Origin: Bacteroidia bacterium
GTDB lineage: Bacteria; Bacteroidota; Bacteroidia; NS11-12g; UBA955
Assembly: GCA_965655465.1 (NCBI GenBank)
Contig: CBFHGY010000004.1
Span: forward strand, 996-54,403
Direction: 5' to 3'
DNA length: 53,408 nucleotides
Each line of letters opens with the position of its first letter. The stretch's first letter is position 1. The notes beneath the pieces are model-generated. The model searched no databases. It worked only from the letters and a program-made list of their open reading frames with translations, and was not told where the DNA came from. Shown here piece after piece: positions 38,216-48,734 of this stretch. Both the position numbers and the translations under genes were made by a program.

Positions 38216-39142
38216 CTATAATTTGGAAAGAAAGTCCTTATAGGCAATTTCTATCCCTTGTTCCAGAGAAACACTTGGCTTCCATCCGGTTGCAAATAAA
38301 CGACTTGAATCCATCAATTTACGCGGCGTTCCGTTTGGTTTTGATGTGTCGTACACATGGTTGCCATGGTAACCTACTACTTTCGCAACAATGGCGGCAA
38401 GTTCTTTTATGGTAACATCGCTTCCATAACCCACGTTTACGAACTGCTTTTCATTGTAATTGTTAATAAGATAAACCAATGCGTTAGCAAGATCATCTGC
38501 GAATAAAAACTCGCGCATGGGCGTGCCATCCCCCCAAATTACTACATCTGTAGCATTATTCATTTTGGCTTCGTGGAACTTGCGAATAAGTGCGGGCAAA
38601 ACATGTGAGTTTTCTGGATGGTAATTATCATTCAAACCATACAAATTGGTAGGCATCGCCGATATAAAATTACACCCGTACTGGTCTCGGTAAGCTTCAC
38701 ACATTTTTATACCGGTAATTTTCGCAATAGCATACGGCTCATTAGTACTTTCCAGATAACCGCTCAACAATGCTTCTTCCTTAAGAGGCTGTTCGGCCAT
38801 TTTAGGATAAATACAAGAACTACCCAGAAACAACAACTTCTTTACACCATGCACATACGCCCCATGAATCAAATTATTTTGAATCATCAAGTTGTCGTAC
38901 AAAAAATCTGCTCGATATACGTTGTTTGCGTGAATTCCACCTACTTTGGCGGCCGCTACAAACACATAATCGGGTTGGGTTTCCGCATAAAAACGCGTAA
39001 CTGCATCTTGATTTCTTAAATCGAGCTCTTTAGATGTTCGGGTAATGATATTTGAATATCCCAAGCGCTCTAATTCACGCTTTATCGCACTCCCCACCAT
39101 TCCCCGGTGACCAGAAACGTAAATTTTAGCTTCTTTTTCCAC
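38216..39142 (-). CDS. fcl: GDP-L-fucose synthase
   Basis: [43 protein letters not shown]. Confidence 0.96.
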   Translation of the reverse strand: MEKEAKIYVSGHRGMVGSAIKRELERLGYSNIITRTSKELDLRNQDAVTRFYAETQPDYVFVAAAKVGGIHANNVYRADFLYDNLMIQNNLIHGAYVHGVKKLLFLGSSCIYPKMAEQPLKEEALLSGYLESTNEPYAIAKITGIKMCEAYRDQYGCNFISAMPTNLYGLNDNYHPENSHVLPALIRKFHEAKMNNATDVVIWGDGTPMREFLFADDLANALVYLINNYNEKQFVNVGYGSDVTIKELAAIVAKVVGYHGNHVYDTSKPNGTPRKLMDSSRLFATGWKPSVSLEQGIEIAYKDFLSKL

Positions 39143-39150
39143 GACTTGGT

Positions 39151-40287
39151 TTATTCAAAATAGTTATTAGTATCAAAACCACCTGCTTTTAGATAGTCCT
39201 GCTTCTGCATCAATCGAACATCGGAATTCATCATGTCTTCTACCAAAGCGGGTAAATCGTATTTGGGTTTCCAACCTAATTTTTCATGACATTTGGTAGG
39301 ATCTCCAATAAGCAAGTCTACTTCCGTAGGTCGGAAGTATTTTGGATCTACGAAAACCAACTCTTTACCAATTTCCAGGTGACACTTCTTTCCTGTTTGT
39401 GCTTCAAAAGCAGCCATATCAATTGCACTTACAAAACCCACTTCTTCTACACCCTCTCCCTTGAAACTTAAGGTAATGCCGACGTGTTTGAATGCCATTT
39501 TAACAAATTCCCTAATTTCTGTTGTAACCCCAGTTGCAATTACAAAATCCTCAGGTTTTTCTTGTTGTAAAATCAAATACATGGCTTCTACATAATCCTT
39601 TGCATGTCCCCAGTCGCGTTTCGAGTTTAAATTTCCCAAATACACACGTTCCTGAAGATTCAAGGCAATACGTGCAGCGGCACGAGTAATTTTACGCGTT
39701 ACAAAAGTTTCCCCCCGAATAGGACTTTCGTGGTTAAATAAAATACCGTTACATGCATACATGTTATAGGCTTCGCGATAATTTACGGTAATCCAATAGG
39801 CGTACATTTTCGCAACAGCATACGGACTTCGTGGGTAGAACGGTGTCGTTTCCTTTTGGGGAACCTCTTGTACCAATCCATATAATTCCGAAGTTGAAGC
39901 TTGATAAATTTTGGTTTTTTCAACAAGTCCCAAAATCCGTATTGCTTCAAGGATACGCAAAGTACCCAAACCGTCGCTATTGGCGGTATATTCAGGCGTT
40001 TCAAAACTTACCTGAACATGGCTCATTGCACCTAAATTATAAATTTCATCGGGTTGAACCTCTTGAATAATTCTGATCAAGTTGGTACTGTCGCTTAAAT
40101 CACCATAATGCAATTTAAAACGACGGCCTTCAACGTGTGGATCCAGGTACAAATGATCAATGCGATCGGTGTTAAACAAGGAGCTGCGACGCTTAATACC
40201 GTGCACCATATACCCCTTTTTCAAAAGAAATTCGGCCAGATAGGCACCATCTTGTCCGGTTATACCGGTGATTAGAGCTACTTTCAT
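39151..40287 (-). CDS. gmd: GDP-mannose 4,6-dehydratase
   Basis: [42 protein letters not shown]. Confidence 0.97.
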   Translation of the reverse strand: MKVALITGITGQDGAYLAEFLLKKGYMVHGIKRRSSLFNTDRIDHLYLDPHVEGRRFKLHYGDLSDSTNLIRIIQEVQPDEIYNLGAMSHVQVSFETPEYTANSDGLGTLRILEAIRILGLVEKTKIYQASTSELYGLVQEVPQKETTPFYPRSPYAVAKMYAYWITVNYREAYNMYACNGILFNHESPIRGETFVTRKITRAAARIALNLQERVYLGNLNSKRDWGHAKDYVEAMYLILQQEKPEDFVIATGVTTEIREFVKMAFKHVGITLSFKGEGVEEVGFVSAIDMAAFEAQTGKKCHLEIGKELVFVDPKYFRPTEVDLLIGDPTKCHEKLGWKPKYDLPALVEDMMNSDVRLMQKQDYLKAGGFDTNNYFE

Positions 40288-40317
40288 TATTTTGCAACAA
40301 AAATAACGTCTTTTTAT

Positions 40318-41718
40318 ATGTTTGCAGTGTTCATTGACCAAGTTTCTCCGCGCATTCATTATATCCTGGAGGAATTTTTAAGCCGAAGATTGCAAAAACC
40401 GCTTAAAATATTCACAGATCCAGATGCGTATTCTGTTGATGATTCGAGAATAAAATTACAATATGCTGAATCACAACGGCTTGATTTACCCGGATTTTGG
40501 GTTTATCGAGATGCCTTTATACTTGAGGATTCTGTAAATCCATATTTCGATCCCAGTGAAACAGAATTTCATCTTAGCGCTAAGGCTCAAGCCTATTTAC
40601 AGAACAAACTACGTGCTTTATCCATAGCTCAAAAAGAAATCAAACGAATCGAAGACGCCTATAGCAATCCCTTCCCTGCACTTTTTCCGGGGGATTCTCC
40701 TTTGGGCTTTGATTTTTTTTCCTTTGCCTTTTATTCTCTTAGTCGTTATGAGGAATACCAAAGCTTCCAAGCCGATGCTTATGGTCGTTTCGCGTATAAA
40801 GAATCGCTAGAATCGCAACGCGATTTCGATACAGCGCCGTTTGTAGATATTGCGTTTTTTCATGTTCTGAGCGCACTTAATCTGGAAGATCTTGTACCCC
40901 CAATGTTGATAAAACCTAGTGTCGACATCGATATCGCCTTCCAATATAAAGGTCGTTCATGGCGCAGGCAGTTGCTATCGGCTTTGTATTTCCCCAAAAC
41001 TATTATAGAAAGGTTTCGGGTATTTATGGGCCAAATAGAAGATCCTTTTGACCCAAGAATTACGGTACGATCTTTTATTCAAAACCTATCCAAGCCAGCA
41101 GCTGTTTTTTGGTTGGTTCCACGAAAAACCAAAGGGGTTAACAGGCAGGTTAAACGGAATTATCGACATTTCAAAGAATCGATCCGCGATTTAAATTCCA
41201 TTTCTCAAAGTGGACTGCACCCATCATTCAGTCCGCACCCTTTGTACTCTTGGAAAAATGAAAAACAATGGCTTGAGAACCACCTAAAAAAACCGATCAC
41301 ACATAGCCGCCAACACTTTTTAAATCTGCGATTTCCAGATACCTACCAACACCTTTTATCTATTGGAATAGAACACGATTGGAGCATGGGATATGCGGAA
41401 ATGGCAGGGTTTAGAGCTGGCACATCCTACGATTTCAATTGGTTTGACCTCTCTAAAAACACCGCTACCCAATTGGTGGTCCACCCCTTTTGCATCATGG
41501 ATGTTACTGCTAAAAACTATATGCACTTAAGTCCCAGTGCAGCTATCGATGCGGCTTTAGTTTTACAAGAAATGGTGTTTTTATTCGGGGGAAGTTTTAC
41601 CTTTATTGTACACAATGAATCCTTATCAAACCATGCCGGCTGGGAAAATTGGCGCGGAGTTTTTGAAAAATGGTCAGAATTTTTGCCGTATGAAAGTACA
41701 GATAACACTCTTGGATAA
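40318..41718 (+). CDS. Polysaccharide deacetylase-fold protein (DUF7033-like)
   Basis: [39 protein letters not shown]...GFRAGT, HPFCIMD, HNESLS. Confidence 0.75.
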   Translation: MFAVFIDQVSPRIHYILEEFLSRRLQKPLKIFTDPDAYSVDDSRIKLQYAESQRLDLPGFWVYRDAFILEDSVNPYFDPSETEFHLSAKAQAYLQNKLRALSIAQKEIKRIEDAYSNPFPALFPGDSPLGFDFFSFAFYSLSRYEEYQSFQADAYGRFAYKESLESQRDFDTAPFVDIAFFHVLSALNLEDLVPPMLIKPSVDIDIAFQYKGRSWRRQLLSALYFPKTIIERFRVFMGQIEDPFDPRITVRSFIQNLSKPAAVFWLVPRKTKGVNRQVKRNYRHFKESIRDLNSISQSGLHPSFSPHPLYSWKNEKQWLENHLKKPITHSRQHFLNLRFPDTYQHLLSIGIEHDWSMGYAEMAGFRAGTSYDFNWFDLSKNTATQLVVHPFCIMDVTAKNYMHLSPSAAIDAALVLQEMVFLFGGSFTFIVHNESLSNHAGWENWRGVFEKWSEFLPYESTDNTLG

Positions 41719-41917
41719 GTATATAAACGGGCCCTTTTGGTTCCCTTTAGCAATAATAAACCGGCCTTCATGATGCCTTTTTACCTAAATCGGCACAAAA
41801 CATATGCAACTTCTATCCTCTTAAACAAAAATCTTTGCTTTATTTGAAATACTTCGACACAAAAGTTATCGTTCCACTTCTCTTAAAAAACACCGGTAGC
41901 ACCATCTAAAATCACCA

Positions 41918-42775
41918 TTGAAATACTTCGACCGTAAATATATCGACCGACACAAGTGGAACACCTGCATTGAAAGCAGTGCCTTTTATGTACCGTATGC
42001 CCGCTTTGAATACCTAGAGGCTATCAGTCAAGGTTCTTGGGGGGCTTTAATAGAAAATGATTATACTGCCGTTTTTCCATTGGTTTATCGACGAAAATGG
42101 GGCATTATTCCCTATATATATCAACCGTATTTCTGCCAGCAATTGGGTCTTTTTGGAAACCCACAACAGGATCTTCAAGCATTTATCCAAGCAATTCCTT
42201 GGTATTTTATGCGGGTACATTTGAACATTAACAGTTCCTTTGGCGTTCCATTAGGAGCTCGAGAACTGCCCAATCTCGTAAAAAAACACCCCCATTCACC
42301 CAAAACCGATTTTAACAAGGATGCTTTAAAGAATATCGCCCGACTACAAACACACGAAGTATTTTACACCCAAACCAAAGACATAGCCTTAGTTATGAAG
42401 GTATATGCCGATGCTTGGGGTGAAAAAGCCGCACTAAAGTGGCCCAATGATTACAAAGCATTTGAATCGGCTTGTTTGTCTTTGCAAAGTGAAAATCTAA
42501 TTTATGCCTGTTTAGCGCATCGGAAGCAAGAATTACTTGGGGCTGCAATTTTTCTAATCGGTCGTAAGCGCTTGCACTATGTATGCGCGGCACCTACCGC
42601 CCGCGGCAGAGAAATTGGTATTATGCATGGAATTGTGTTACACGCTATGGAACATTTTCCAGATTGCGATTTGGATTTTGAAGGATCCCAAATTCCTTCT
42701 GTTGCCACTTTTTATAAAAAGTTTAACCCCATAAACGAAGCATATTACCGAATTGAACGAACTTTGTGGTTATGA
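41918..42775 (+). CDS. GNAT/FemAB-like acyltransferase-fold protein
   Basis: IDRHKWNTCI, YQPYFCQQLG, LDFEGSQIPSVATFYKKF; TTG start. Confidence 0.7.
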   Translation: MKYFDRKYIDRHKWNTCIESSAFYVPYARFEYLEAISQGSWGALIENDYTAVFPLVYRRKWGIIPYIYQPYFCQQLGLFGNPQQDLQAFIQAIPWYFMRVHLNINSSFGVPLGARELPNLVKKHPHSPKTDFNKDALKNIARLQTHEVFYTQTKDIALVMKVYADAWGEKAALKWPNDYKAFESACLSLQSENLIYACLAHRKQELLGAAIFLIGRKRLHYVCAAPTARGREIGIMHGIVLHAMEHFPDCDLDFEGSQIPSVATFYKKFNPINEAYYRIERTLWL

Positions 42776-43740
42776 CGAATCCCTGGGTTCAATCCGCACG
42801 TTTGCGCACCTTACCACTTGCCATTTCCACGGTACTATTAGGTAGTTCACTGGCGCTTTTACATGGTTCCCTGCATTGGGATTTATTTGGACTGGTACTT
42901 TTAATAGCCGTAGGCTTGCAAGTACTTTCCAATTATGCCAATGATTACGGCGATTTTATGAAAGGCACCGATCAAAAGGCCGCTAGAAAAGACCGCATGT
43001 TAAGCGCAGAATTGATACAACCCGAGAGCATGAAACGCGCAATAATCTGGCTTTCTGGCCTTCTATTGGGTCTTGGCATATTTACCCTGCTTTACACCTA
43101 CCGCACTTATAGCATTTCCCCAGGTTCACTTTGGTTTTTATTTGCTTTGGGAATTTTGGCCATCGCCGCTGCTGTTTTTTATACTGTAGGCAAAAAGGCA
43201 TACGGATACTCTGGCTTTGGAGACCTTTCGGTATTGTTATTTTTCGGTTTTATCCCCGTGGTGGGTATAACCTTGTTAATGGGAGTACGCCCAGAAATGC
43301 ATATTTGGTTAGGGGGATTAGGTTCAGGACTCTTATCTACAGCCGTTTTAAACATCAACAATTATCGCGATTTGAACAGCGATAAGAAGAATGGAAAACA
43401 CACGTTGGCTACCAAAATCGGGCCTAAAGCCACCTTGCAATATCAGCGATTTTTACTTCTTTTAGGATTTACAGGGGTGTTCCTTTCATTCGGAATTTAC
43501 TTATACCAACTGTTAAGCATAAGTGGTGCAAATTATTATATAGAAATGTTTTTACTTTTCGGCGTTTTTTCTCCATCTGCGGTTTATCTGTCGCGATACT
43601 ATTCTGAAATGAGGGAATTAAAGCCGGGTGATCGTGAAGGTTTAAATCTTCAATTAAAGCGCGTTTCCCTGACCGTATTACTGTTGTGTGCGGTTCATTT
43701 TGGACTTTCTCTATACCTTAGTTCCGTGCTCGGTTTTTAG
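42766..43740 (+). CDS. menA: 1,4-dihydroxy-2-naphthoate polyprenyltransferase
   Basis: ARLRTLPLA, LQVLSNYANDYGDFMKGTD, YGYSGFGDLSV, NNYRDLNSD..NGKHTLA. Confidence 0.93.
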   Translation: MVMTNPWVQSARLRTLPLAISTVLLGSSLALLHGSLHWDLFGLVLLIAVGLQVLSNYANDYGDFMKGTDQKAARKDRMLSAELIQPESMKRAIIWLSGLLLGLGIFTLLYTYRTYSISPGSLWFLFALGILAIAAAVFYTVGKKAYGYSGFGDLSVLLFFGFIPVVGITLLMGVRPEMHIWLGGLGSGLLSTAVLNINNYRDLNSDKKNGKHTLATKIGPKATLQYQRFLLLLGFTGVFLSFGIYLYQLLSISGANYYIEMFLLFGVFSPSAVYLSRYYSEMRELKPGDREGLNLQLKRVSLTVLLLCAVHFGLSLYLSSVLGF

Positions 43741-43743
43741 TGT

Positions 43744-44751
43744 ATGATACTCCTGTCAAGCATCCACAAACTGCAATTTATAAAACCCGCAAAAACATCC
43801 CGTGGTTCTTATCAGGAAAAGGAAGTATGGGTCCTTTCCTTAGAATCTAATGGAATGGTACTGGAGGCTGAGGCCGCTCCCTTAAGTGACCTTAGTACCG
43901 ATGGCAAAGAAAACTTAGATTTGTTGATAAGGCCGTTCATAGGATTAGATTATTCATTAAAAGAGCTTTACGAATTGTTGGAATTTTGCGAGCCCTATCC
44001 GAGCTTGCGTTTTGCGGTTTATGCTTTGATTCAAAAAGCAACTAAACGCCAAACTGTTTGGGTGGATTCTCCATTTACGCGGTCGGAAAAAGGTCTTGAA
44101 ATCAATGGCTTGGTTTGGATGAATGATATCGAATCTATGGAACAGGAGGCCGAATCAAAAATAGAAGCCGGTTTCACGTGTATCAAATTCAAAGTAGGCG
44201 CCTTAGACTTCGATGCTGAATGTCGCATGCTGGAACGGTTTCGTAGAAAACACGACAAATCCAAAATTGAAATTCGATTGGATGCCAATGGTGCCTTCCC
44301 TCAAGATTTAGCTGTAGAAATGTTGAAAGATCTTTCCCGCTTTGATGTACATTCCATAGAACAACCCATTGCCACAGGTAATTGGGATGATATGGGACGT
44401 TTATGTCGAGACGGAGCCATAGATATCGCTCTCGATGAGGAGCTTATTGGCATTACACCTGGGCAATACTCCCAATTATTGAAAGAAATAAAACCCCAAT
44501 ACCTCATTTTAAAACCCACGCTTATCGGTGGATTTGATCGGTGCGATCTATGGATTAAGGAAGCAGAAAAACACAAAACTCAATGGTGGAGCACCTCGGC
44601 TCTAGAGGGTAATATTGGTCTTTTCGACATTGCTCAATGGGTTTCTGCCTATGATCTAAATTTACCACAAGGTCTGGGTACGGGTTCTTTGTTTGTGAAA
44701 AATTTCCCTCAAAATACCTTCGTTAAAAACGGAATTTTACACCGTTTATAG
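43744..44751 (+). CDS. menC: o-succinylbenzoate synthase
   Basis: Enolase superfamily motifs KFKVG, RLDANG, IEQP, ALDEEL, LKPTLIGG, PQGLGTG; adjacent to menA. Confidence 0.88.
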   Translation: MILLSSIHKLQFIKPAKTSRGSYQEKEVWVLSLESNGMVLEAEAAPLSDLSTDGKENLDLLIRPFIGLDYSLKELYELLEFCEPYPSLRFAVYALIQKATKRQTVWVDSPFTRSEKGLEINGLVWMNDIESMEQEAESKIEAGFTCIKFKVGALDFDAECRMLERFRRKHDKSKIEIRLDANGAFPQDLAVEMLKDLSRFDVHSIEQPIATGNWDDMGRLCRDGAIDIALDEELIGITPGQYSQLLKEIKPQYLILKPTLIGGFDRCDLWIKEAEKHKTQWWSTSALEGNIGLFDIAQWVSAYDLNLPQGLGTGSLFVKNFPQNTFVKNGILHRL

Positions 44752-44808
44752 TTCAAAATATCACCAATATTCATTTTCAATTTCTTTATTTTCCCCAAAA
44801 ATTTACAA

Positions 44809-46173
44809 ATGAGCGTGTTTCCCCAAAAATTCATACAACAACTTCAGGTTTTGTTTTCCGAGAAGGAATCCCTCGCTTTATTAGAATCTCTTGAACAACC
44901 CGCACCTATATCGGTACGTTTAAACCCTTATTTCAAAGGACATTTGAGCGTTCCACATGAAAAAATTCCCCAATCCGAAAATGCCTATTTTCTGAACGAA
45001 AGGCCTTTGTTTACTGCAGATCCGGCATTTCACGCAGGTGCCTACTATCCACAGGAAGCAAATTCGATGTGGATTGGTGCTGTTTTTGGTTTTTTGCGCA
45101 AAGGTTATTTTGAAGAAAGCGAAGGGTTGGCTGTTTTAGACCTCTGCGCGGCTCCTGGAGGCAAAACAACGGACATATCTTCTAGATTGTTGTCTCAAGA
45201 CATTTTAGTAGCCAACGAGGTGATTTCTGCGCGAAACGCTATTTTGTTTGAAAATGTGTGTAAATGGGGACTTGCGAACACCGTAATTACCAAAGCAGAC
45301 GCGCAAAAGTTTGGTCAAAAAGGTCCTGTTTTCGATATGGTATTTTGCGATGCACCCTGTTCTGGAGAGGGAATGTTCCGTAAAGACAATATTGCTATCC
45401 AGGAATGGTCTGAAGACAATGTAAGTCTCTGCACACAAAGACAACAACGAATAGTATATGATGTTTGGGATGCATTGAAACCAGGTGGTTTTATGATTTA
45501 TAGCACCTGTACTTTCAATCGCAATGAAAACGAAGACAATGTTTTGCGTATTTGTGAGGAAAAAGGTGCGGAAATCATTCCTTTTGAACATCCCGCAAAG
45601 TCCAATTTATATGAATTGGAGCAGAACATGTATCGCTGTTTACCTCATTTATCCAAAGGAGAGGGACTGTTTTTTTGCATTTTGCGCAAACCTCAAGAAT
45701 CCGAAAAACCCGAAGGACGGGAAATTTCCCCCAGAAACTCAAAAAACAAGAAACTTCCCTTAAAATCGCGATACCCCGGATTTACGTGTATCGAAAAGGG
45801 TAACGAAACCTATCTTCTGGCTGGTGAACGGGATCTGAATTTTATTCAGAACCTTCCTGGAATCGTGCACCCAGGGGTTCCCTTAGGAAGTTTTTTTAAC
45901 GAAAAATGGAAACCTCATCCCGCTGTTGCGCTCATTAAAAATGCTGAATTTGGTTTGCCAGAAGTAGAATTAAGCGATACGGCCGCGATGCAATTCTTGA
46001 AAAGAGAATTTATTCCACTCAAGCCAAAGGCTTTAGGGGCCGTGATTGTTTGTTGGAATGGACACCGTATAGGCACTGCAAATGCCGTTAAAAACGGCTT
46101 AAACAACCTTCTTCCGATGGAATGGCGGGTTCGTGGTGATTTTACTGCACATAGCATTGTGGAGCAGAAGTAA
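44809..46173 (+). CDS. RsmF/NOL1/NOP2-type rRNA cytosine-C5 methyltransferase
   Basis: YYPQEANSM, LDLCAAPGGKT, DAPCSGEGMFRKD, YSTCTFN..ENE. Confidence 0.92.
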   Translation: MSVFPQKFIQQLQVLFSEKESLALLESLEQPAPISVRLNPYFKGHLSVPHEKIPQSENAYFLNERPLFTADPAFHAGAYYPQEANSMWIGAVFGFLRKGYFEESEGLAVLDLCAAPGGKTTDISSRLLSQDILVANEVISARNAILFENVCKWGLANTVITKADAQKFGQKGPVFDMVFCDAPCSGEGMFRKDNIAIQEWSEDNVSLCTQRQQRIVYDVWDALKPGGFMIYSTCTFNRNENEDNVLRICEEKGAEIIPFEHPAKSNLYELEQNMYRCLPHLSKGEGLFFCILRKPQESEKPEGREISPRNSKNKKLPLKSRYPGFTCIEKGNETYLLAGERDLNFIQNLPGIVHPGVPLGSFFNEKWKPHPAVALIKNAEFGLPEVELSDTAAMQFLKREFIPLKPKALGAVIVCWNGHRIGTANAVKNGLNNLLPMEWRVRGDFTAHSIVEQK

Positions 46174-46206
46174 AAACGAAGTGCCTGCTTAGGGTATCTT
46201 TGTATC

Positions 46207-47445
46207 GTGATTGACTTTAATCGATTTGAATTGGCCAATGGTTTGCGCGTAATTCACCATTACGATCCTTCGGTATCGACGGTTGTTTTAAACACTTTGT
46301 ATAATGTTGGCGCACGAGATGAATCGCCTGAAAGAACCGGTTTTGCGCATTTATTTGAACACTTAATGTTTGCAGGAAGCCAGCATGTTGCTTCTTTTGA
46401 TAAAGAAATCGAACAAGCGGGGGGACAAAACAACGCATTTACCAACAACGAATTCACGAATTATTATATCAGCGTGCCCGCCGAAAATATCGAAACTGCG
46501 TTTTGGTTAGAAAGCGATCGAATGTTGGCATTAAACATCAATGAAAATTCTTTGGATGTTCAAAAAGGAGTGGTTATTGAAGAGTTTAAACAACGTTGTT
46601 TCAATGCCCCTTTTGGGATGCTATGGCATCATGTACGCGACATGTTGTACAAAGAAAGTTCTTACCGCTGGCCGACTATTGGACTAACCTTTGACCATAT
46701 CAGCGAGGCACAACTAACCGACGTAAGTGACTTTTATAAAAGATTTTACACGCCTCAAAATGCAGTTTTATCGATAGTGGGAAGTGTTGAACTCGAGGAG
46801 TGTAAAACATTGGTCGAAAAATGGTTTGGCGATATTCCTGCTTCAGGGGAAGCCAATTCAAACCAATACCCAAGCGAAAGCGATTGGAAACCTTCACGCC
46901 GAGTTGAAGAAGACTTGTCTCCCAATCCGGTAGTTTTTTTGGTTTGGAAAGGTCCTAATATCCAAGAAAAGGGTTCTCTTGAATTGGAAATTTTTGCTGA
47001 TGTATTAGGAGGTAGTGAGGTTTCCGATTTGTACGAAATCCTGGTAAAGCAAGAGGGTTTATGCAATGCAGCGGAATGTTTTTATATGCGTGGTATTGGA
47101 GAGGGTTTATTTATGGCTTATGGTATTTTGAACGAAGGTGTTTCACATGAAATCGTGGAAAATCGATTATTTGAAATCCTAGAAAATGCTTTCGATGCAA
47201 GCGATTCTTATGCCTTTGAAAGTGCTAAGAATAAAATGTATACGCAATTATTGTTTGATCCGATTAACCCAATGAGTCGCGCACAAAAACTGGCATTTTG
47301 GGAACATTTGGGCAAACCAGAAATGATTAATAATGAAGTGGAGTTAATAAAAAATGTTACCCTTTCTGACACATTAGCTGTTGCAAAAAACTGTTTTTCA
47401 CGTGAAAACGCTTCTGTTTTATATTACAATCCTAAAAACGCATGA
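46207..47445 (+). CDS. M16B (pitrilysin-family) zinc peptidase, catalytic subunit
   Basis: GFAHLFEHLMF (HxxEH), NAFT, LESDRM. Confidence 0.93.
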   Translation: MIDFNRFELANGLRVIHHYDPSVSTVVLNTLYNVGARDESPERTGFAHLFEHLMFAGSQHVASFDKEIEQAGGQNNAFTNNEFTNYYISVPAENIETAFWLESDRMLALNINENSLDVQKGVVIEEFKQRCFNAPFGMLWHHVRDMLYKESSYRWPTIGLTFDHISEAQLTDVSDFYKRFYTPQNAVLSIVGSVELEECKTLVEKWFGDIPASGEANSNQYPSESDWKPSRRVEEDLSPNPVVFLVWKGPNIQEKGSLELEIFADVLGGSEVSDLYEILVKQEGLCNAAECFYMRGIGEGLFMAYGILNEGVSHEIVENRLFEILENAFDASDSYAFESAKNKMYTQLLFDPINPMSRAQKLAFWEHLGKPEMINNEVELIKNVTLSDTLAVAKNCFSRENASVLYYNPKNA

Positions 47446-48722
47446 GTATAAGAGAAAACGCACCTGAAGTGCGTAACATATCCGGATTTAAGGTCCCCGA
47501 AATTCGTTTAGAAACGAGTGCCGCTGGAACCTCCTATTATTATGAAGAAACCCCAGGAATCGGTGCTGCTTCTGTTTTTTGGCTTATCCCAGTAACCAAG
47601 CAAGTCCAACACAAAGCTTATCAAGCACTTGCCGCTGTGGAAATGTTATTATCGGGAGGGGATGGAAAAAGCGAGAAAGAAATTTTGCAGTTTATTGAAC
47701 ACCTAGGCGCTTCGGTAGGTAACGATAGCGAACAACTATATGCGCGTATTCATTTCCGTTGTGCTAAAAATGCCGTTGAACCTGTTTTTAAATGGCTCTT
47801 GCATCACGTTGAACACGCAGAGTATCCCCAAGAAGAGCTAGACCGTTATGCATTGGTAAAGAAGGCATCTATTGAAAGACGTATGCAAACCCCGGGTTAT
47901 TGGTCTGATCGCAAAGCAAAAGAACTTCTTTACAAAGATCTTCCTTGGGTGGGAACTTTTGGCAATTTGGATGATTTTGATGCCCTTTCTCGTCTTGATT
48001 TACAATCCTTTCACCAAGAATATATAAAAAATAGTTCGGGTGTATTGTTCTTCTCTGGAGATATTGATTTGCAACAAAAAGATGGTTTGATCGCTGTTTG
48101 GGAATCCTATAACCGACCCAATTTTATTTGGGAGGTTAAAGAAGAATCGCTTACCCCTGCAGTTTTTGAAGAAACTCACAGTCATTCCGTTAAAAACACA
48201 ACACAGGTGAGTTTAAAGATGATGAAACATATTGGTTACTTGGAAGAACACAAAACACACCAATATACGTTGCTCAACATGATACTAGGTGGCTATTTTG
48301 GTTCTCGTTTGATGCAAGAATTAAGGGAGAAACAAGGTCTTACTTATGGTATTAGTTCTTATTTTAATCCCTTATGGAAGGGCAGAAGTTGGAACATCTC
48401 TGGAGAGATGAATAGTGCCAATACTCAAAAAGCCTTAGATGCGATCTTTTTAATTATGAAAGAATTGCAACAAAGTCCCATTGGTCAAGACGAACTTGAT
48501 AGAGCCAAAAAATATTATGCCGGAATGTTCCGATCTGGCTTTGATGGACCCTTTGCTGGGGCAACGAAAGCACTGCAAACCCTTGTCCGTAATTACAGCG
48601 GTACCTATTACGCGGATACCTTAGAACATATTTGGTCTGTCAATTCTGATTCACTTTTACAATTGGCACAAAATGAATTGAATACAAATACGTTTGTAAA
48701 GGTAGTCAGCGGCGACGTTTAG
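47442..48722 (+). CDS. M16B peptidase, non-catalytic partner subunit
   Basis: No HxxEH motif; LGGYFGSRLMQELREKQGLTYG carries the R/Y motif; ATGA overlap with the catalytic gene. Confidence 0.88.
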   Translation: MSIRENAPEVRNISGFKVPEIRLETSAAGTSYYYEETPGIGAASVFWLIPVTKQVQHKAYQALAAVEMLLSGGDGKSEKEILQFIEHLGASVGNDSEQLYARIHFRCAKNAVEPVFKWLLHHVEHAEYPQEELDRYALVKKASIERRMQTPGYWSDRKAKELLYKDLPWVGTFGNLDDFDALSRLDLQSFHQEYIKNSSGVLFFSGDIDLQQKDGLIAVWESYNRPNFIWEVKEESLTPAVFEETHSHSVKNTTQVSLKMMKHIGYLEEHKTHQYTLLNMILGGYFGSRLMQELREKQGLTYGISSYFNPLWKGRSWNISGEMNSANTQKALDAIFLIMKELQQSPIGQDELDRAKKYYAGMFRSGFDGPFAGATKALQTLVRNYSGTYYADTLEHIWSVNSDSLLQLAQNELNTNTFVKVVSGDV

Positions 48723-48734
48723 GGCTTTACATCC

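Noticed and set aside
47394-47409. TTTTTCACGTGAAAAC as a fourth parS site
   Set aside because: It is palindromic but lacks the G/C at the conserved parS positions 2 and 15, and it lies inside a coding sequence.
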